64,000 nucleotides of DNA from Eledone cirrhosa (GCA_964016885.1 OZ024741.1:93124001-93188000); one strand, 5' to 3'. Positions 39,168 to 52,989 are shown, counted from the stretch's first letter. Notes: generated by a model not told the origin, from the sequence alone. Program-made: numbers and translations.

Positions 39168-40512
39168 CACTGGTCTGCGATGTTTTCAAGGTCTAACATA
39201 TAATACATGATTTTAGGCCAGTTTTTTGCACTGAATCCAAAAATCATGCTCATTTTACTCAATCAGATCAGGTTAATGAAATATTAGCACATTAAAAATA
39301 TCCTAAATTCCGATCTATTTGTAGGTGAATAAAATGCAATATTGAAAATATTAGACTGATTTATTCACAGAAGGCTTACAAAATATTTTGAATAGATAGC
39401 AAGAAGAGTATAATGAACTAAGGAAGCTACTCATGGATGAATGGTCTCTTCAGGGACTTCCGTTTGTGCTGAGCAGACTGCGCATCCCTCTTTAGGCACC
39501 AGCAGTAGTCGGCCAGAAAGTTGACATCCCATCGGCCTCGATAGCGTTCCTCCATAACACTGATATCTTGGTGAAAGCGCTCACCATGTTCTTCACTGAA
39601 GTCTCCACAATTCTCTGAGACCGGAGGAAGTGCATTTTCACTGACACGCGCGCACCAAGTTGGTGGAAATTCTCTATTAACTCATCAACCACCTTCTGAT
39701 CCTGGGAACTTCTGTGGTTGCCAAGGAAGTTTGCAATGACTGACTTAAGGGACAACCAGGCAGAGAGTTCAGCAGGATTCAGTGTATCATCAAAACTAGT
39801 ATCCTTGATGAGTTCCCTTATTTGAGGACCATCAAATATACCTGCCTTAATTTTCTCCATGCTTTTTCGTTGAAACTTCTGATGGAGGAAAGCAAATCCT
39901 CCACCTTCCCTGTCCAATGCCTTTACAAAGTTCTTCATGAGACCGAGTTTGATGTGGAGGGTTGGAAGCAATATCTTGCTCGGTTCAACCAGAGGGTGGG
40001 ACAAAATGTTGTGTGATCCAGGTTTTAATCCTTGTCTTAATGGCCTCTCTTGTCTGACATAATGCTGGTCATCAGCACGGCTATCCCATAAGCACAGAAA
40101 GCATGGATACTTTGTGTAACCACATTGAAGTCCTAGGATGAGTCCAACAACTTTAAGATCTCCACAGATCAACCATTTATGTTTCTGTTAGTTCAGAGCA
40201 GACAACAGACGTTCCATGCTTTTGTGGGATTCTTTCATTTCAACTGAGTGCCCAACACGGATCGATGAAAACTTGTTTCCGATATTCAGAAGAACTGCTT
40301 TGAGACTTCTGTTAGATGAGTCAATGAAAAGTCTCCATTCCATAGCATCATACTTCAGACCAAGTAATTCAATCAGGTCAGCAATATTGCTACAGTAGAC
40401 CAGTGAAGATGCTTCATCAAACATGAAGAATTTTCTAAATTCTCTCTCGCGGTCCTGATACCAATAGAATGTTGTTCCTGGCGCCAGTAGACATTTCTCC
40501 CGAAGACGATGA
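39168..40512 (-). mobile_element. Chapaev3-type (CMC) DNA transposon fragment
   Basis: WRLFIDSS, ICGDLKVV..LGLQ.GYTK.PCFLCLWDSR, LHIKLGLMKNFVKA, FDGPQIR, KMHFL; terminus CACTG preceded by TAA; other end lost. Confidence 0.75.
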
Positions 40513-40554
40513 TATAAATATATATATATTTATATATATATATATTTATAAATA

Positions 40555-42160
40555 GATACGCCTTTAGCGTCGACGTCTCCTACACTACAGTCCCCGCTCA
40601 TCCAGCTGTCGATTTATTGATAGAGTGTGTGGTTGCAGTGGACATCCACTGCTACGGCCTCCATCTGACGGACATACACCAGCTTTTGTCCTTCACAGTG
40701 TACAACACGTACTTCACCTTCCACCACCACACATACAGACAACAGGATTACCCATGGGATCCAGCCTATCAGGCCTGCTGGCCATCACCTATATGAACCA
40801 GCTAGAATGCCCAGCCCTCAACACCTGCCATTCCCATACCTTCTTCACCTGATATGCAGATGACATACTCATCTTTACATCATCCTGTGAGGAGGCGGAT
40901 AAAATATTCACAACATTCTCCAGCATGGACGCCAGTATAAAGTTCAGCATGGAACACCCCGATGACCGTGGATCCCTATCCCTACTGGACTTCCAACTCA
41001 GGGTAACAGAGGAAGGCAACATCCACACCCGCTTCTATAAAAAAGCCACCAGCAGGGACCTGTTCGTACATTTCAGATCGGCCCTCCCAGCCGGCGGTAA
41101 GTTCGGATACATAAGCAACGAACTAACACGTATCCGGAACAAATGCACCAAGGTTAGAGACCAAGACACACACACCGCACATTTCCTGGAAGTACTCAAA
41201 ATGAACGGATACCCGACATCCACCACGAACCGTGCCAGAAAGAACAGGGGACACCACACCCGAGGCACTAACACTTGCTTCCTGAAGCTCCCACACTTCA
41301 GTGACGAAACAACAACAGCCATCCGCAGAGCTATCAGACGAGAGGGACTAGATATCCAACTAGCCCACTCAGGACCTTCTCTACGCGGACAACTAACCAA
41401 AAGACACTCCACCACACATGTCAGCTGTTGCAGTCTAGCCAACTGCCCCATCAACGACACAGACTTATGTCACCAGACTAGAGTGCGACAAATGCAGCAA
41501 CTTCTACGTAGGTAGCACCACCAGACCACTTCACATAAGAATAAAAGAACACCTCAAAACTAACGCTTCCTCATTTAAGAAACACCTAGTGAAATGCAAA
41601 AACACCAACAAAACCAATTTATAACTTCATAGAGCATCTAATCCCATACTTATCCCCCACATGCACACACTTATAACTCCACTTATCCTCTCTCTCACAC
41701 ACACATACACACACAAAGACCAGTTCTAACACGAGAGAGCATCTATCCCCCACATTTACGTGTAGACATATCTTCTCACACTCACACACACATACTCACG
41801 TACTTACACCTTCATGCATTCTCCCACACACTTAAACAGGCATGTACAAAAAAACAAAAGCAAAAAAACCATACACAAACCCCTCTTAAAGGGAGACTAC
41901 TCTTTATCCACCTAATCTTAACTCTTTGAAATTAGAGATAGAACAGATACTCTATACCATTTCCTGTCAGCATGACTTGGAAAGCTTTTTAGAACACTGG
42001 TTTGACAACTTTATTCCCTCTGAAGAAGAGATATTATCTCGAAAATTTAGGACATTTAAATAAATCTAAGGTAAAAGACAAATTGTCAACAATATCTTTT
42101 GCATTCTTTATTTTATGTCCATACCTGCATTGTTTTGGCTTTATTATACATATACAAACG
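40555..42160 (+). mobile_element. Penelope/Poseidon-type PLE remnant
   Basis: GLPMGSSLSGLLA, (R>stop)YADD, LSLLDF, YVGSTTRPLHIRIKEH GIY-YIG fragment, hammerhead-like motif near 3' end. Confidence 0.82.
42016..42052 (+). ncRNA. Possible minimal hammerhead ribozyme
   Basis: CCT-CTGAAGA-a-GAGAT(att)ATCTC-GAAAATT-T-AGG; short stem I and palindromic AAATTT. Confidence 0.55.
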
Positions 42161-42162
42161 TT

Positions 42163-42217
<55 letters not shown>

Positions 42218-42376
42218 ATTTATATATATTTATTAAATAACAGATTAAACTTTAATCTGTTATTTAATAAATATTTGCTCTACGGTTCTTATATATTTGA
42301 TATATATTTATCCTTATCGAGCCCTCTTTGGATTTTAGTCTTCAATTTTTTTATTATTACTATATTTATGTATATA

Positions 42377-42454
<78 letters not shown>

Positions 42455-42548
42455 TGGTACAGAATTAGCCGTCAAAACAGCTTGAGCTCAGTCGTCGGGG
42501 TCTTACTTGTTCCTATATAAATATATATATATATATAAATATATATAT

Positions 42549-45500
42549 ACTCTTTTACTCTTTTACCTGTTTCAGCCATCCGGCTGAGGCCATGCTGGGG
42601 CACCGCCCTTGTTGCTACACATTTTATCTGGAGGGAGTTTGTTGCTGCTGCCCTTAGGTTTCCCTCGTGTCTTGCTGTGGGCTCATCCGGGATCCTGGAT
42701 AACAAGGTGTCGAGATGTTTCTTAAAGACATCCACCTCCACGTCATGCAAGTCTCTCAGATGCCTCGGCAGCCTGTTGAAGAGTTGAGGGCCCTTGAATC
42801 CTAGGCTATTGCAATACCTGCTCCTTATTCTAGATGTGGAAGACTGGACCTTTGGCACCACACAGTGACGTCCTGTTCGACGGTTGGTCCAGCTCCCAAT
42901 GCCAAAGTTTGGTGCTAGTCCCTCCAGGATTTTCCACATGTAGATCACTGCATATCTCTCCCGTCTTCGCTCCAAGGAGTAGAGGTTCAGTTCCTTTAGC
43001 CTCTCCCAGTAGCTTGTCTCCCTCATCTTGGCAATCCTCTTGGTGTAGCTTCGCTGGATTGCCTCAAGCTCCGTGGTTAGTTTGACATTATGGGGTGAAC
43101 ACAACTGGGAGCAGTAGTCCAGGCGGCTTAGGACAAAAGTCCTCCACAGTGTCAACATGGTGTCTCGATCTCTTGTCCGGAAAGTCCTCAAGATCCAGCC
43201 AGCGAGTCGTCTGCACGTTGTCGCCACTTTCATGATGTGTGAAGAAAAAGATGCATCATCGCTCATGTCTATGCCCAGGTCTCGTATCGATTTTGACACG
43301 GGGATATCGGTCCCTCCTGGTCCTGTGTAGTTGTGTCGTACTATATTTGTGTTTGTAGTTTTGTTTGGAGGTTTGTATTGTAGGGCTTGGAATTTGCCAG
43401 CATTAAACTGCATGTTGTTTTCTTCCGCCCATCTGTATATGGCATCCAGATCCTGCTGTAAAAGAGCAGCGTCAGCCAGGTTTTTGATTGCCTTAGTGTC
43501 ATCAGCATAGCTAGTGAGGAATGTTGTTGCATGCACCACAGAGGGCATGTCCGAGAGAGCCACCAAAAACAGTAGTGGTCCCAGGACTGTCCCCTGGGGC
43601 ACCCCACTTGTTATCAGTGTTTCCCTCGAGAGGGCCCCATTTGCTGCGACTGCCTGGCTTCTGTCCCTTAGGAAGCCATGCAGCCACTCACCTACTTTTC
43701 CAATTATGCCGAGTCCGTGTAGTTTGTGACATATCATTCCGTGGTCGACCTTGTCAAAGGCCTTCGCAAAGTCAAGATATATCACGTCCACATGTGAGCT
43801 GTCTAGTAGTTGTCTCAGTACCCAGTCGTAGTCATGTAGCAGCTGTGTAAGGCAGCTTCTTCCTGGGCGGAAGCCATGTTGCGTGCTAGTCAGGCGGTCA
43901 TTTTCCTCGAGGAAAGTGATCAGTTTCTTTCTGACGACTCGCTCCATGACCTTACTGATATGCGACGTCAGGGAGACTGGCCTATGTTCTTGGCCTCCGC
44001 TCTACTACCTCCTTTATGGATAGGGCATATTGTGCCTTCTTTCAGCTCCCTGGGTAGTACACCGCTAGCCAAGGAGCTTCTGAAGAGCATCTTCAGTGGA
44101 GTTGCTAAGGCCCGCTTACATATTTTTAAGAGAACTGCTGGGAATCCATCAGGTCCAGCAGCCAAGTCTTTTCTAATTTCATCAATGGCGTACACCACAT
44201 CCTCCTCCGTTATGTCTATGTGGTTGATGGTTGCCATTTCTTCATGTAGTGTTGTGGCATCAAAGAACTCCTCTGGCTTCGTTATTTGCATGTGCCTCAG
44301 TGGACATGTGAACACACTTTTGTACTGTTCGTTCAGTATTTCACATATCACTTGGGGGTTTTCGGTTAATGAACCATCCGTATGGAAGAGTGGCCCAATC
44401 TTGCAGTGTACTAAGGCAGTTTCTTTTGCAAATTTAAAGAAGGCCTTAGGGTTTGTTTTAATGTTTTCTATGGACCTGTTCTCTTTCTTTGCCCTCTCAT
44501 TCTCATGTGAAAGTTTGAGTGCAATCTCGGTGTCAAGTAGTGCACGTTTCAAATAGGATTCCTTCTTGTTTTTGTTTTGTTGACTATTCAACTGGTTTGA
44601 GAGTTTAGTTCTACGTTTAGCATACTTCTGGAGCGGCTTATTTCGGCTTTGGCTGGGGCATGTTGCGCGAGTATGATGGGCATAGTTCGTTTGAGACCTA
44701 GGGTGGGCGAATCTGCATCCCATCCCTGTCTCTCCATGCCAGCATGTCCCGTTCTTGAAAAACTTGCACATTACTTAGGGTTTTTTGCTCCCAGTGTCTC
44801 GGTGCTTCTGTTCTTCCTTTGAAAAGTTGTCCACTGGTCTCTCTGCGCTTGGTTCTCCTTCGGAAGGTGATTTCGCTTTTCACCTTTGCCCTTAGCTTGT
44901 TGGTTGCCCGGCCTGCCCTCCCTGCCTGTGGTGGAGGGTATATCATTTTCTTTCAGGTCCGTGCTTGTGCTCTCCTCCTTTTCTTTTTCTTTTTCCTTCT
45001 CCCCCTCCCCTCATCCCTCCCTTCGGTTTTCTCCTCCCTGAGGACACGGCTTAGCATCGCCATATGAGGCGCTATGAGGACATACGCCTTCTCAATTTCT
45101 TTTCTCTTTCTCTCTATCTGTGCCAGGGTCCTCAGAAACCCATGGCTCTTCAGGTTCTCAGCCATCTTTTTGCTTGGTGGAGACCCATCAGCCATGGTCC
45201 ACCCCTTGATCAAAACCGCTAGTTCCATCTTTGACCAGTTTCGTTGACTCCTGATTTCACCTTTTTCCTGCATGCAGTCCATTTCGCTGTGGAGGGGAGA
45301 AAGAAAGACAGTGGGAAGTGTAGGGTAGAGGTTGGAGAGGGACAGAGGGAGGGAGGGAGATAGAGATATAACTCCAGTGAGATAAATATAATTCCAGCGA
45401 GAAAAAGAAAGAGAAACAGAAGAAAAGAAAAGGGGGAGAGAGACAGAAGAGGGGAGCGGGAAGAGTGGGGGGGAAGGTCAGAGGGAGAGAGAGAGCTCGT

Positions 45501-46178
45501 TGATCTAGAGAGAGGGAGAGGGAGAGAGAGCTCGTTGATCTAGAGAGGGGGAGAGAGAGAGAGAGGAAGGAAGGAGAGAGATAGAGACAGAGTGAGCAAT
45601 AGCAGTTCATAAATATAAAAATAAATTTTAAATTAAATTAATGAATGGAAGAAACCGGAATCATAGAGATATAGAAACACGATGTAAGTTGTATATAAGT
45701 TGAATCTAAATGTTTGTTTACAAATATACGAAGTTATTGTAATATCAACATATCAAACAAGAAACAACAAAACCGAGTCAAAAACAGATAAGATTATACC
45801 AAATTAAACAAGATTATATTAAATTAAATTATGTTACTCAGAAAAATCAAAATAATACAAGATCTGTTTAAGTTAAACTAAAATTAGATTACGTATGCTC
45901 TGTATGGTAGTCAAGAAAAATAGAAAGCACGTGTGTGTGTTGTCTCCTATGAAGGTATCACACAGTGAAAATAAACATGTTTAAAACGGTAATATATGTA
46001 AAATATACTTCAAAATAATTGCGTCAAAGCACAAAAACTTATCTTTTTTGTATGTTTTCCTTGTCCTCTGAAAAATTAAAGCCATACATAAATCCGATTA
46101 CTGTCGATTTAAAATATTAAAATTTCAATTCTGGAGAGACGACAATTCACGTCTTATACCAACAAGTTGCCAAGCCCA
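42549..46178 (-). mobile_element. CR1-group LINE with internal deletion
   Basis: RT (QHGFRPGRSC, YLDFAKAFDKV, SGVPQGTVLGP, SYADD), ORF1 remnants with CCCH finger, (AAAAGAGT)n-type 3' tail; APE domain missing at the ORF1/ORF2 junction ~44630-44690. Confidence 0.85.
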
Positions 46179-46179
46179 T

Positions 46180-46210
<31 letters not shown>

Positions 46211-46233
46211 AATATATATAAATATATATATAA

Positions 46234-46302
<69 letters not shown>

Positions 46303-46535
46303 TATAAATATATATAAATATATAAATATATATATATATAAATATATATATATATAAATAAATATATATATATATATATATATAAATATATATATATATA
46401 TGCAAAAGTTTTATTTAAGATTGTTGGGTTACAACGAGTAAATATTTTATAACTGATATAAAAGCACTCAACAGTTTCTGGAGTAGGTTTACGATATTAA
46501 ACAAATGGAAACTATATTTATAAAACCATATTTAT

Positions 46536-46595
46536 TTTGTTATATATATTTCTGGGATATCATATTAAAAATATGGTATGCCTTCCTCAGACAAA
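46536..46595 (-). ncRNA. Type I hammerhead ribozyme
   Basis: Minus strand TTTGT-CTGAGGA-(imperfect stem II, CATATT/AATATG)-GAAATATATAT-A-ACAAA. Confidence 0.7.
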
Positions 46596-47246
46596 ATACA
46601 ATACATAAGCTGTTTTATAAATAATTAGTGACATACCTTGTAATAATGCAACTTCCATTTAAAAAGTTGATTTGGTAGTGAAACTGTTATGACAGTTATA
46701 TAGAAAGAAAAACGAAGATGAGAAGAAGAAGATGAAGAGATGTATGTAAATAAAAAAAAAAAAGAAGATGAAGAGATGTATGTAAAGAAAAACAACGGAG
46801 CGAGATAGAGAGACAAGGAGATATGGGAGAGAGAAATACATTGAGGAGGTGAAAAAATATAGTAGGCTGCTTTTGGACAGATGATCATCGTATATGTGAG
46901 AGGTTAAGGGAAGGGATACAGTTAAACTAGTGTATAGGAGAAAAAGAAAGAAAGATGATATATTTAAAATATATTAAAAATATATTATGTCTCATCCATT
47001 TGAATTATCAATTTTTATGAATTAGGTATTATAATGTAAATATCAGTATTCATGAATGAGACACATATCCATAATGTGTGAAAAAATGACCACATGCTCA
47101 GTTTAAAAATTCTTAGGTCTATAAGCAAAATCTGAGATAAAACTTCAAACATAAGTATATATGCATTCTCGTGAAAAAAAAAAAAAAAGAGAAAAGAGAA
47201 GGTTATCTCAAATTCAAGTTGATAAATATAGACGCACATGTGAACC

Positions 47247-47649
47247 TATAACGGGTTTTAGGGTCAATTCTTAATATACATAATAGAGATCAGAAGGCAT
47301 TTAGAACATTGACTAAATCCATTATCGATGTTGTAACTCTATTTATTAGTCGTACATGTTGAACGGATACATTAGGTACAGGTCGTATCTACATGTGTAG
47401 GATGTAGCTTGGTCCGCTTCATTGCAAGATGGAGATGTTGTTAGCAGCGATGAGTGTAGCCTGGTCTTGTCGATAAGAGAGGTACGTGTAGACTAATGAC
47501 TCTCTTGGTCACCTCCGCTGACACTGGTGACGTAGTTCTGGACAGTCGAATTAGTGCGCCGAAGGTTTTGATTGGCTCACACTTCAGCCAACTTACCTCC
47601 GTAACACCATTCCTCCGCAGAAGGAAAATACATTTTATTCACTGCTACA
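47247..47649 (-). repeat. 3' LTR
   Basis: Matches 52587-52989 with 3 substitutions seen; preceded on the minus strand by polypurine GGGGGGTGA. Confidence 0.96.
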
Positions 47650-47872
47650 TCACCCCCCTGCTTAGGCTTACAGCCGACAGAGAAATAAGGGTAGCAGTTG
47701 AATGAAAGAAAAAGTACTATATAATAGTAAACACAATAAAATATATCACTGATAAAGAAATGTTCATATTACAGGAAAGTCAGAAATAGTGTAATGTTCA
47801 CCTTAGTTCATACATTTAATACAAATACAAGGGCGGAGCAAACTCCAAGAAGATTGCTGTAAATAACATAGT

Positions 47873-50800
47873 TCATATATAAAGAGTCTTGCAAAGCTTC
47901 TTGGGCCAATGTACTCCCCGACCGCTACGTGTGGTGGTGACATATGTAGGTGTAGGTGTGTGCGATGTTATATGTGTATTGTGGCTTGGCTGATGCCAGG
48001 TGTATGTGGGGGGAAAATGGGGCTCTTGTGTGAGAGTGTCTGTATAGGCCCGTTTTACCCTGTCAATGGACACAGTCTCTTTTTTACCCCCAATGTCTAG
48101 GGTGAATAGCTTATCTGTGCGCTCAAGCACGCGATAGGGACCGGTATAAGGTGGCATGAGAGGAGCTCTCACGGCGTCCTTTCGTAAAAAGACGTGGGTC
48201 CATGAAGCAATGTCTTTCGGGACCGAAGATTTGATTGTCTGTTGGCGAGGGTGCATAGGCGGAAGATTGCTGAAATATGATTGCAGTCTGCTCACATACA
48301 GAGCTGGGTCCGTTGCTGGTAGGTCCAATGGAGCTAACATCTGACCAGGCAGAGATATAGGCACTCTGTAAACCAACTCGGCGGGGGAGTAGCCTAGATC
48401 TTCCTTGATGGCTGCACGACAGCCCAGGAGGACAATTGGTACATATTCGCTCCACCGCTGCTGATCCAGATAAGCGCGCAGTGCGGCTTTCAATTGGCGG
48501 TGGAAGCGTTCAATCATTCCGTTAGAAGCTGGATGGTAGCTGGTCGTTCGAATGCGTTGCATTCCCAGGATCCTTGAAAGCTCTCGGAAAAGGTGTGACT
48601 CATATTGTCCACCGCGGTCAGTGGTGATAGTGGCTGGAACTCCGTAACGCGATATCCAACCCGATACTAGGGCTCGTGCTACAGATTCCGCCGAAATGTC
48701 ACTTAAAGGAATGGCTTCAGGCCAACGTGTGAAGCGATCTATGCAGGTCAGGAGGTATGTAAATCCTCGGCTGACCGGCCATGGTCCGACAAGATCTATA
48801 TGGACATGGCTGAACCGAGCGTCTGGAGTGCTGAAAGTTCCAAGGGGTGCGCGGATGTGTTTGTGCACCTTTGACTTTTGGCAGGATAGGCAGGAACGTG
48901 TCCAGGCAGTGATGTCACGCCTCATATTAGGCCAGAAGAATCTAGCCGAAATGAGCTTCACTGTGGTCGATATTCCAGGGTGTGCCAGACCGTGCAAGGT
49001 GTCGAAAACTGCTCGACGATGAGTCACTGGCACGAGAGGGCGAGGTGCATCTGTCGAGGTGTCGCAGATAATATGTGTGTCCGAAGTGGGCACAGGCAGA
49101 TATGCAAATTTGCCAGTTGCAAATTCAGAAGACGAGAGGTCCAAAGTATCCAGAGGTGGTTGTTCCGTGGTCATTCGTTGGAGGTCGATTTCCGCTGGCG
49201 ATGACAGGGAATTAATTGGGAGGCGAGACAGTGCATCTGCCGCCGCATTCTGTTCACCAGAGATGTGTCGGATATCGCTGGTAAATTGCGAAACGAAGTC
49301 CAAGTGGCGAGTTTCGCGAGGTGAATATTTGTCCGGCTTAGAACGCAGTGCGAACGTAAGCGGACGGTGGTCAGTGTATATAACAAATTGGCGACCCTCC
49401 AGTGAATGCCGAAAGTGTTTCACTGCAAGGTACATAGCCAAGAGTTCACGGCCGAATGTGCTATACCGTGTTTCTGCAGGCTTCAGCTGTTTAGAAAAGT
49501 AGGCAAGAGGTTGGTGATGTTGTTGCAGTACTGCACCTACAGCTGTGCCTGATGCATCAACAACCAGTGAAAACTGGGCACCAGACACAGGATGTGCAAG
49601 CAGTGATGTCTCCGCAAGCTTCCGCTTCACTTCGTCGAAGGCTTTTAGCTGATTCGTGTCCAATGAAATGGAATCGTTCTTCTTTTTCCTGTTACGTAAC
49701 AGGTCGGACAGAGGAGACAGGAGATCCGCACAGTGTGGGATAAAGCGCCTGTAATAGTTCAGTAGCCCAAGGAAATGTCGTAGTTGACGAAGTGAAGTGG
49801 GTGGTTGGAGGTCTTGTACCGCTTTCACTTTATCAGGTAGTGGCGAAATTCCTTCTGGGCTGATGACATAGCCCAAGAAGACAAGTGAGGAAGCACCGAA
49901 AACACATTTTGCCGGATTAATTCTCACTTGGTATTTTTGAAATCTCTCGAACAGGAGACGGAGGTGAGTGACATGTTCCTCAGGTGAGGCACTTGCCACA
50001 AGAATGTCGTCGATGTAGTTGTACACGAAGTCTAAATCGCGCACAACCTCATCCATAAATCGTTGGAACGTGCTGGCTGCGTTTCGCAAACCGAAAGGCA
50101 TGGTCAAAAATTCAAACGCTCCAAATGGAGTTGTTACTGCAGTTTTAGGTATGTCTGCCGGGTTCACCGGGATTTGGTGGTATGCTTTGACCAAATCCAA
50201 TTTGGAGAATATGTTGCATCCATGCAGCGAAGATGCAAAATCCTGTATGTGTGGTATCGGGTAGCGGTCGGGTACCGTCATTGCATTTAACCGGCGAAAG
50301 TCCCCAGTGGGACGCCAATCACCGGAACGCTTTGGTACCAAATGCAAGGGTGCGGCCCACGGGCTTGAGGATGGGCGAATGATCCCGAGCTGCAGCATGT
50401 GATTGAATTCAGCCTTTGCGGCCTTCAGTTTCTCAGCAGAGAGACGGTGAGGGCACGAAAACACAGGAGCTCCGGATGTTTCAATGTGGTGCTTGGTGGA
50501 GTGAGTAGGCTCACTCATCACAAAATTCAAATTTGTTAATTCCGGGAAGGAATGTAAAAGTGATTGGTAAGGATCTTCTGTAGCAGCGATAAAGAAGACC
50601 GGGCTGACCGACGAGACAGTCGATCTGGTACCCGGCACAGACAGTTCTGTGTTGGCATCCAACAACCGGCGTCTGCGCATATCCACTATCAAGTTATAGT
50701 GGTGCAGGAAATCTGAGCCTAGGATGGGGTAAGGCAGATCAGCAACAGTGAAGATCCACGTGAAATCTCTACGCAATTCCAGGTTCAAAGAACGAGAAAT

Positions 50801-51022
50801 CTGACCGTACGTGGGGATCGGTGACTGGTTTACTGCTTGCAGAGAGACGGTTGAGAGTTGGGGCTTCTCTTTGAGAAGTTTTAGCGGCCAAATGCTACAA
50901 GCCGCGCCGGTGTCGATCAGACAACGTGCTTGCGACTCAGTGTCTGTGATGAAAAACACACGGTTATTAGGGAGGGTCAGAGGAGACTGTGCCGTGCTCA
51001 GGTCTCCTGAAATCTGTTTCCC
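47873..51022 (-). CDS. pol: Gypsy Pol (protease, RT, RNase H, integrase), reached by -1 frameshift
   Basis: [54 protein letters not shown]. Confidence 0.93.
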   Translation of the reverse strand, partial: GKQISGDLSTAQSPLTLPNNRVFFITDTESQARCLIDTGAACSIWPLKLLKEKPQLSTVSLQAVNQSPIPTYGQISRSLNLELRRDFTWIFTVADLPYPILGSDFLHHYNLIVDMRRRRLLDANTELSVPGTRSTVSSVSPVFFIAATEDPYQSLLHSFPELTNLNFVMSEPTHSTKHHIETSGAPVFSCPHRLSAEKLKAAKAEFNHMLQLGIIRPSSSPWAAPLHLVPKRSGDWRPTGDFRRLNAMTVPDRYPIPHIQDFASSLHGCNIFSKLDLVKAYHQIPVNPADIPKTAVTTPFGAFEFLTMPFGLRNAASTFQRFMDEVVRDLDFVYNYIDDILVASASPEEHVTHLRLLFERFQKYQVRINPAKCVFGASSLVFLGYVISPEGISPLPDKVKAVQDLQPPTSLRQLRHFLGLLNYYRRFIPHCADLLSPLSDLLRNRKKKNDSISLDTNQLKAFDEVKRKLAETSLLAHPVSGAQFSLVVDASGTAVGAVLQQHHQPLAYFSKQLKPAETRYSTFGRELLAMYLAVKHFRHSLEGRQFVIYTDHRPLTFALRSKPDKYSPRETRHLDFVSQFTSDIRHISGEQNAAADALSRLPINSLSSPAEIDLQRMTTEQPPLDTLDLSSSEFATGKFAYLPVPTSDTHIICDTSTDAPRPLVPVTHRRAVFDTLHGLAHPGISTTVKLISARFFWPNMRRDITAWTRSCLSCQKSKVHKHIRAPLGTFSTPDARFSHVHIDLVGPWPVSRGFTYLLTCIDRFTRWPEAIPLSDISAESVARALVSGWISRYGVPATITTDRGGQYESHLFRELSRILGMQRIRTTSYHPASNGMIERFHRQLKAALRAYLDQQRWSEYVPIVLLGCRAAIKEDLGYSPAELVYRVPISLPGQMLAPLDLPATDPALYVSRLQSYFSNLPPMHPRQQTIKSSVPKDIASWTHVFLRKDAVRAPLMPPYTGPYRVLERTDKLFTLDIGGKKETVSIDRVKRAYTDTLTQEPHFPPTYTWHQPSHNTHITSHTPTPTYVTTTRSGRGVHWPKKLCKTLYI

Positions 51023-51936
51023 TGGTCTGAAAATGTACAAGGCTGTTTACAGGAGCGTGCTGCTGCGCCAAAACGGCTGTGGTAGTAACACAAACCTGAA
51101 CTGCTTGTGTGACGGCGTCGTGGCGAGGGTGAACGGCTCTGGAAACGGCGTCTGGGCGAATGAGCCCTGTGAGTGCTTAGTTTTCTCACTTCCTTGGTTA
51201 GCTGCTCTATTGCTTGCAGCATTGCTGCATTTGCAAGTGACTGGTCGGTATAACTGGCAGCCGCTGGAGTGAAGGAAGCGACCGCAGTCGGCGGCTGGGA
51301 TACATTGAAGGAGACAGGAGTGAACGGATTGACCGCAGCCGGTGGCTGAGGTGCCTGGAAGGAGGCAGGAGAGAACGGATTGACCGCAGCCGGTGGCTGA
51401 GGTGCCTGGAAGGGGGCAAATGAGGCTGGGTGTCCGATGACACTCATAACCCTGTCGGCCGAAGTCGCTAGCTGGTCGACAGGAGCAGCCTCCATCATGG
51501 GCGCTAAGATCGCCTGAACTCCGGGGGGTAGCCTTGAGACAAAAAGCTGTCTAAGGAGGGCACTATCAGCTGGGGCATCTTCCGCCAGCTCTCTCATCCG
51601 ACGCAGTAGTTGTGTGGGCGTCCGATCACCCAAATGTTCGTCATTGACGAGCGTCTGAAATTTTTTTTCTGCGGACAGTGTGGTCCGCCGCAACACTTCG
51701 AGCTTCACGCTCTCATAGGAGGCCCCAGGGCGAGGATCGGTAATTAAGTCTTTGACGACCGACGTCAATGACGCTGGAAAAGCGCTTAACAGGAGATTTA
51801 ACTGTCTGTGGTCACTGGTGATGTTATTCGCTGTGAAATGTGCTTCTATCTGGGCGAACCAGACAGTGACGTCACCGGTAAACGGTGGCAATGAAATGCT
51901 ACCCATTGTGTATACTGATGTAAAAGCAAAGGGCAA
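50998..51936 (-). CDS. gag: Gypsy Gag
   Basis: [30 protein letters not shown]...C...C knuckle, 17-aa tandem repeat; true start may be the ATG near 51906. Confidence 0.88.
   Translation of the reverse strand: MPFAFTSVYTMGSISLPPFTGDVTVWFAQIEAHFTANNITSDHRQLNLLLSAFPASLTSVVKDLITDPRPGASYESVKLEVLRRTTLSAEKKFQTLVNDEHLGDRTPTQLLRRMRELAEDAPADSALLRQLFVSRLPPGVQAILAPMMEAAPVDQLATSADRVMSVIGHPASFAPFQAPQPPAAVNPFSPASFQAPQPPAAVNPFTPVSFNVSQPPTAVASFTPAAASYTDQSLANAAMLQAIEQLTKEVRKLSTHRAHSPRRRFQSRSPSPRRRHTSSSGLCYYHSRFGAAARSCKQPCTFSDQGNRFQET
51016..51022 (-). other. -1 ribosomal frameshift slippery site G GGA AAC
   Basis: X XXY YYZ heptamer in gag frame (Q-G-N) within the gag/pol overlap; -1 slip enters pol frame (G-K-Q). 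Confidence 0.8.
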
Positions 51937-52222
51937 AGAAAGGACAACTCTGCACTTGTCACCGAGACAAAAGTGAAAATTCAGGCCAAGAAAAAATATA
52001 ATCCGAGTGAAGGACAGAAAAAGAAAAATATATCAAAAACAATGTTGGAGGGAAAAACGTCAAGCTTTAAAAAAAAAATTATGATTTATCTTTGTCCTAT
52101 TATTTTTTTTTTTTTTTTTGTGTACTTTTCAAAATGGCGTTGCCTCCGTCGCTTTGGCGGGAAAACAGCTGAAGAAGATGGAAGTCGGCCATCTTGCTCT
52201 GACCGGCTATCAGCACCAACAG

Positions 52223-52253
<31 letters not shown>

Positions 52254-52566
52254 GCGTCGCCCAATCAGAAATTGAGAGGGAAAAATAAGATTTTTGTATT
52301 AACGCATGTGTTCGGTGATGTTAGAAAGTGAAGGTGTGATGTGCAGATTTAGTAACAATAAGACAATATATCAAATACATATTAGGACTCACGCTAATCG
52401 CGTACATACCCCGAGAAAAGGCGAGTGGCTTTGTTTTTTTTTTTTGTTTTTTTTTTGGGGGATGCGAAATGTTGATGTGTTCGTTGCAACGGAAAGATGT
52501 GGTTTCTTCTGTGTTGATGTCCTTAAATGTTCGGGTCACCATTTATAATGTGATTTGTTGTATCGT

Positions 52567-52584
52567 ATCACGTCGGGGTCACCA
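52567..52584 (-). other. Primer binding site for tRNA-Trp
   Basis: TGGTGACCCCGACGTGAT, the known tRNA-Trp PBS sequence, 2 nt from the 5' LTR. Confidence 0.9.
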
Positions 52585-52586
52585 TT

Positions 52587-52989
52587 TATAACGGGTTTTA
52601 GGGTCAATTCTTAATATACATAATAGAGATCAGAAGGCATTTAGAACATTGACTAAATCCATTATCGATGTTGTAACTCTATTTATTAGTCGTACATGTT
52701 GAACGGATACATTAGGTACAGGTCGTATCTACATGTGTAGGATGTAGCTTGGTCCGCTTCATTGCAAGATGGAGATGTTGTTAGCAGCGATGAGTGTAGC
52801 CTGGTCTTGTCGATAAGAGAGGTGCGTGTAGACTAATGACTCTCTTGGTCACCTCCGCTCACACTGGTGACGTAGTTCTGGACAGTCGAATTAGTGCGCT
52901 GAAGGTTTTGATTGGCTCACACTTCAGCCAACTTACCTCCGTAACACCATTCCTCCGCAGAAGGAAAATACATTTTATTCACTGCTACA
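52587..52989 (-). repeat. 5' LTR
   Basis: TGTAGCAG...CCCGTTATA on the minus strand. Confidence 0.96.

Larger units (their letters stand above)
47247..52989 (-). mobile_element. Full-length Ty3/Gypsy LTR retrotransposon
   Basis: 403-bp LTRs, AACC TSD (47243-47246 and 52990-52993), tRNA-Trp PBS, PPT, open gag and pol in PR-RT-RH-IN order. Confidence 0.97.

Noticed and set aside
40850-40852. In-frame TGA as selenocysteine, as in some Naiad PLEs
   Set aside because: It replaces the Arg before YADD (CGA>TGA) in a decayed copy, and the endonuclease here is C-terminal, unlike Naiads
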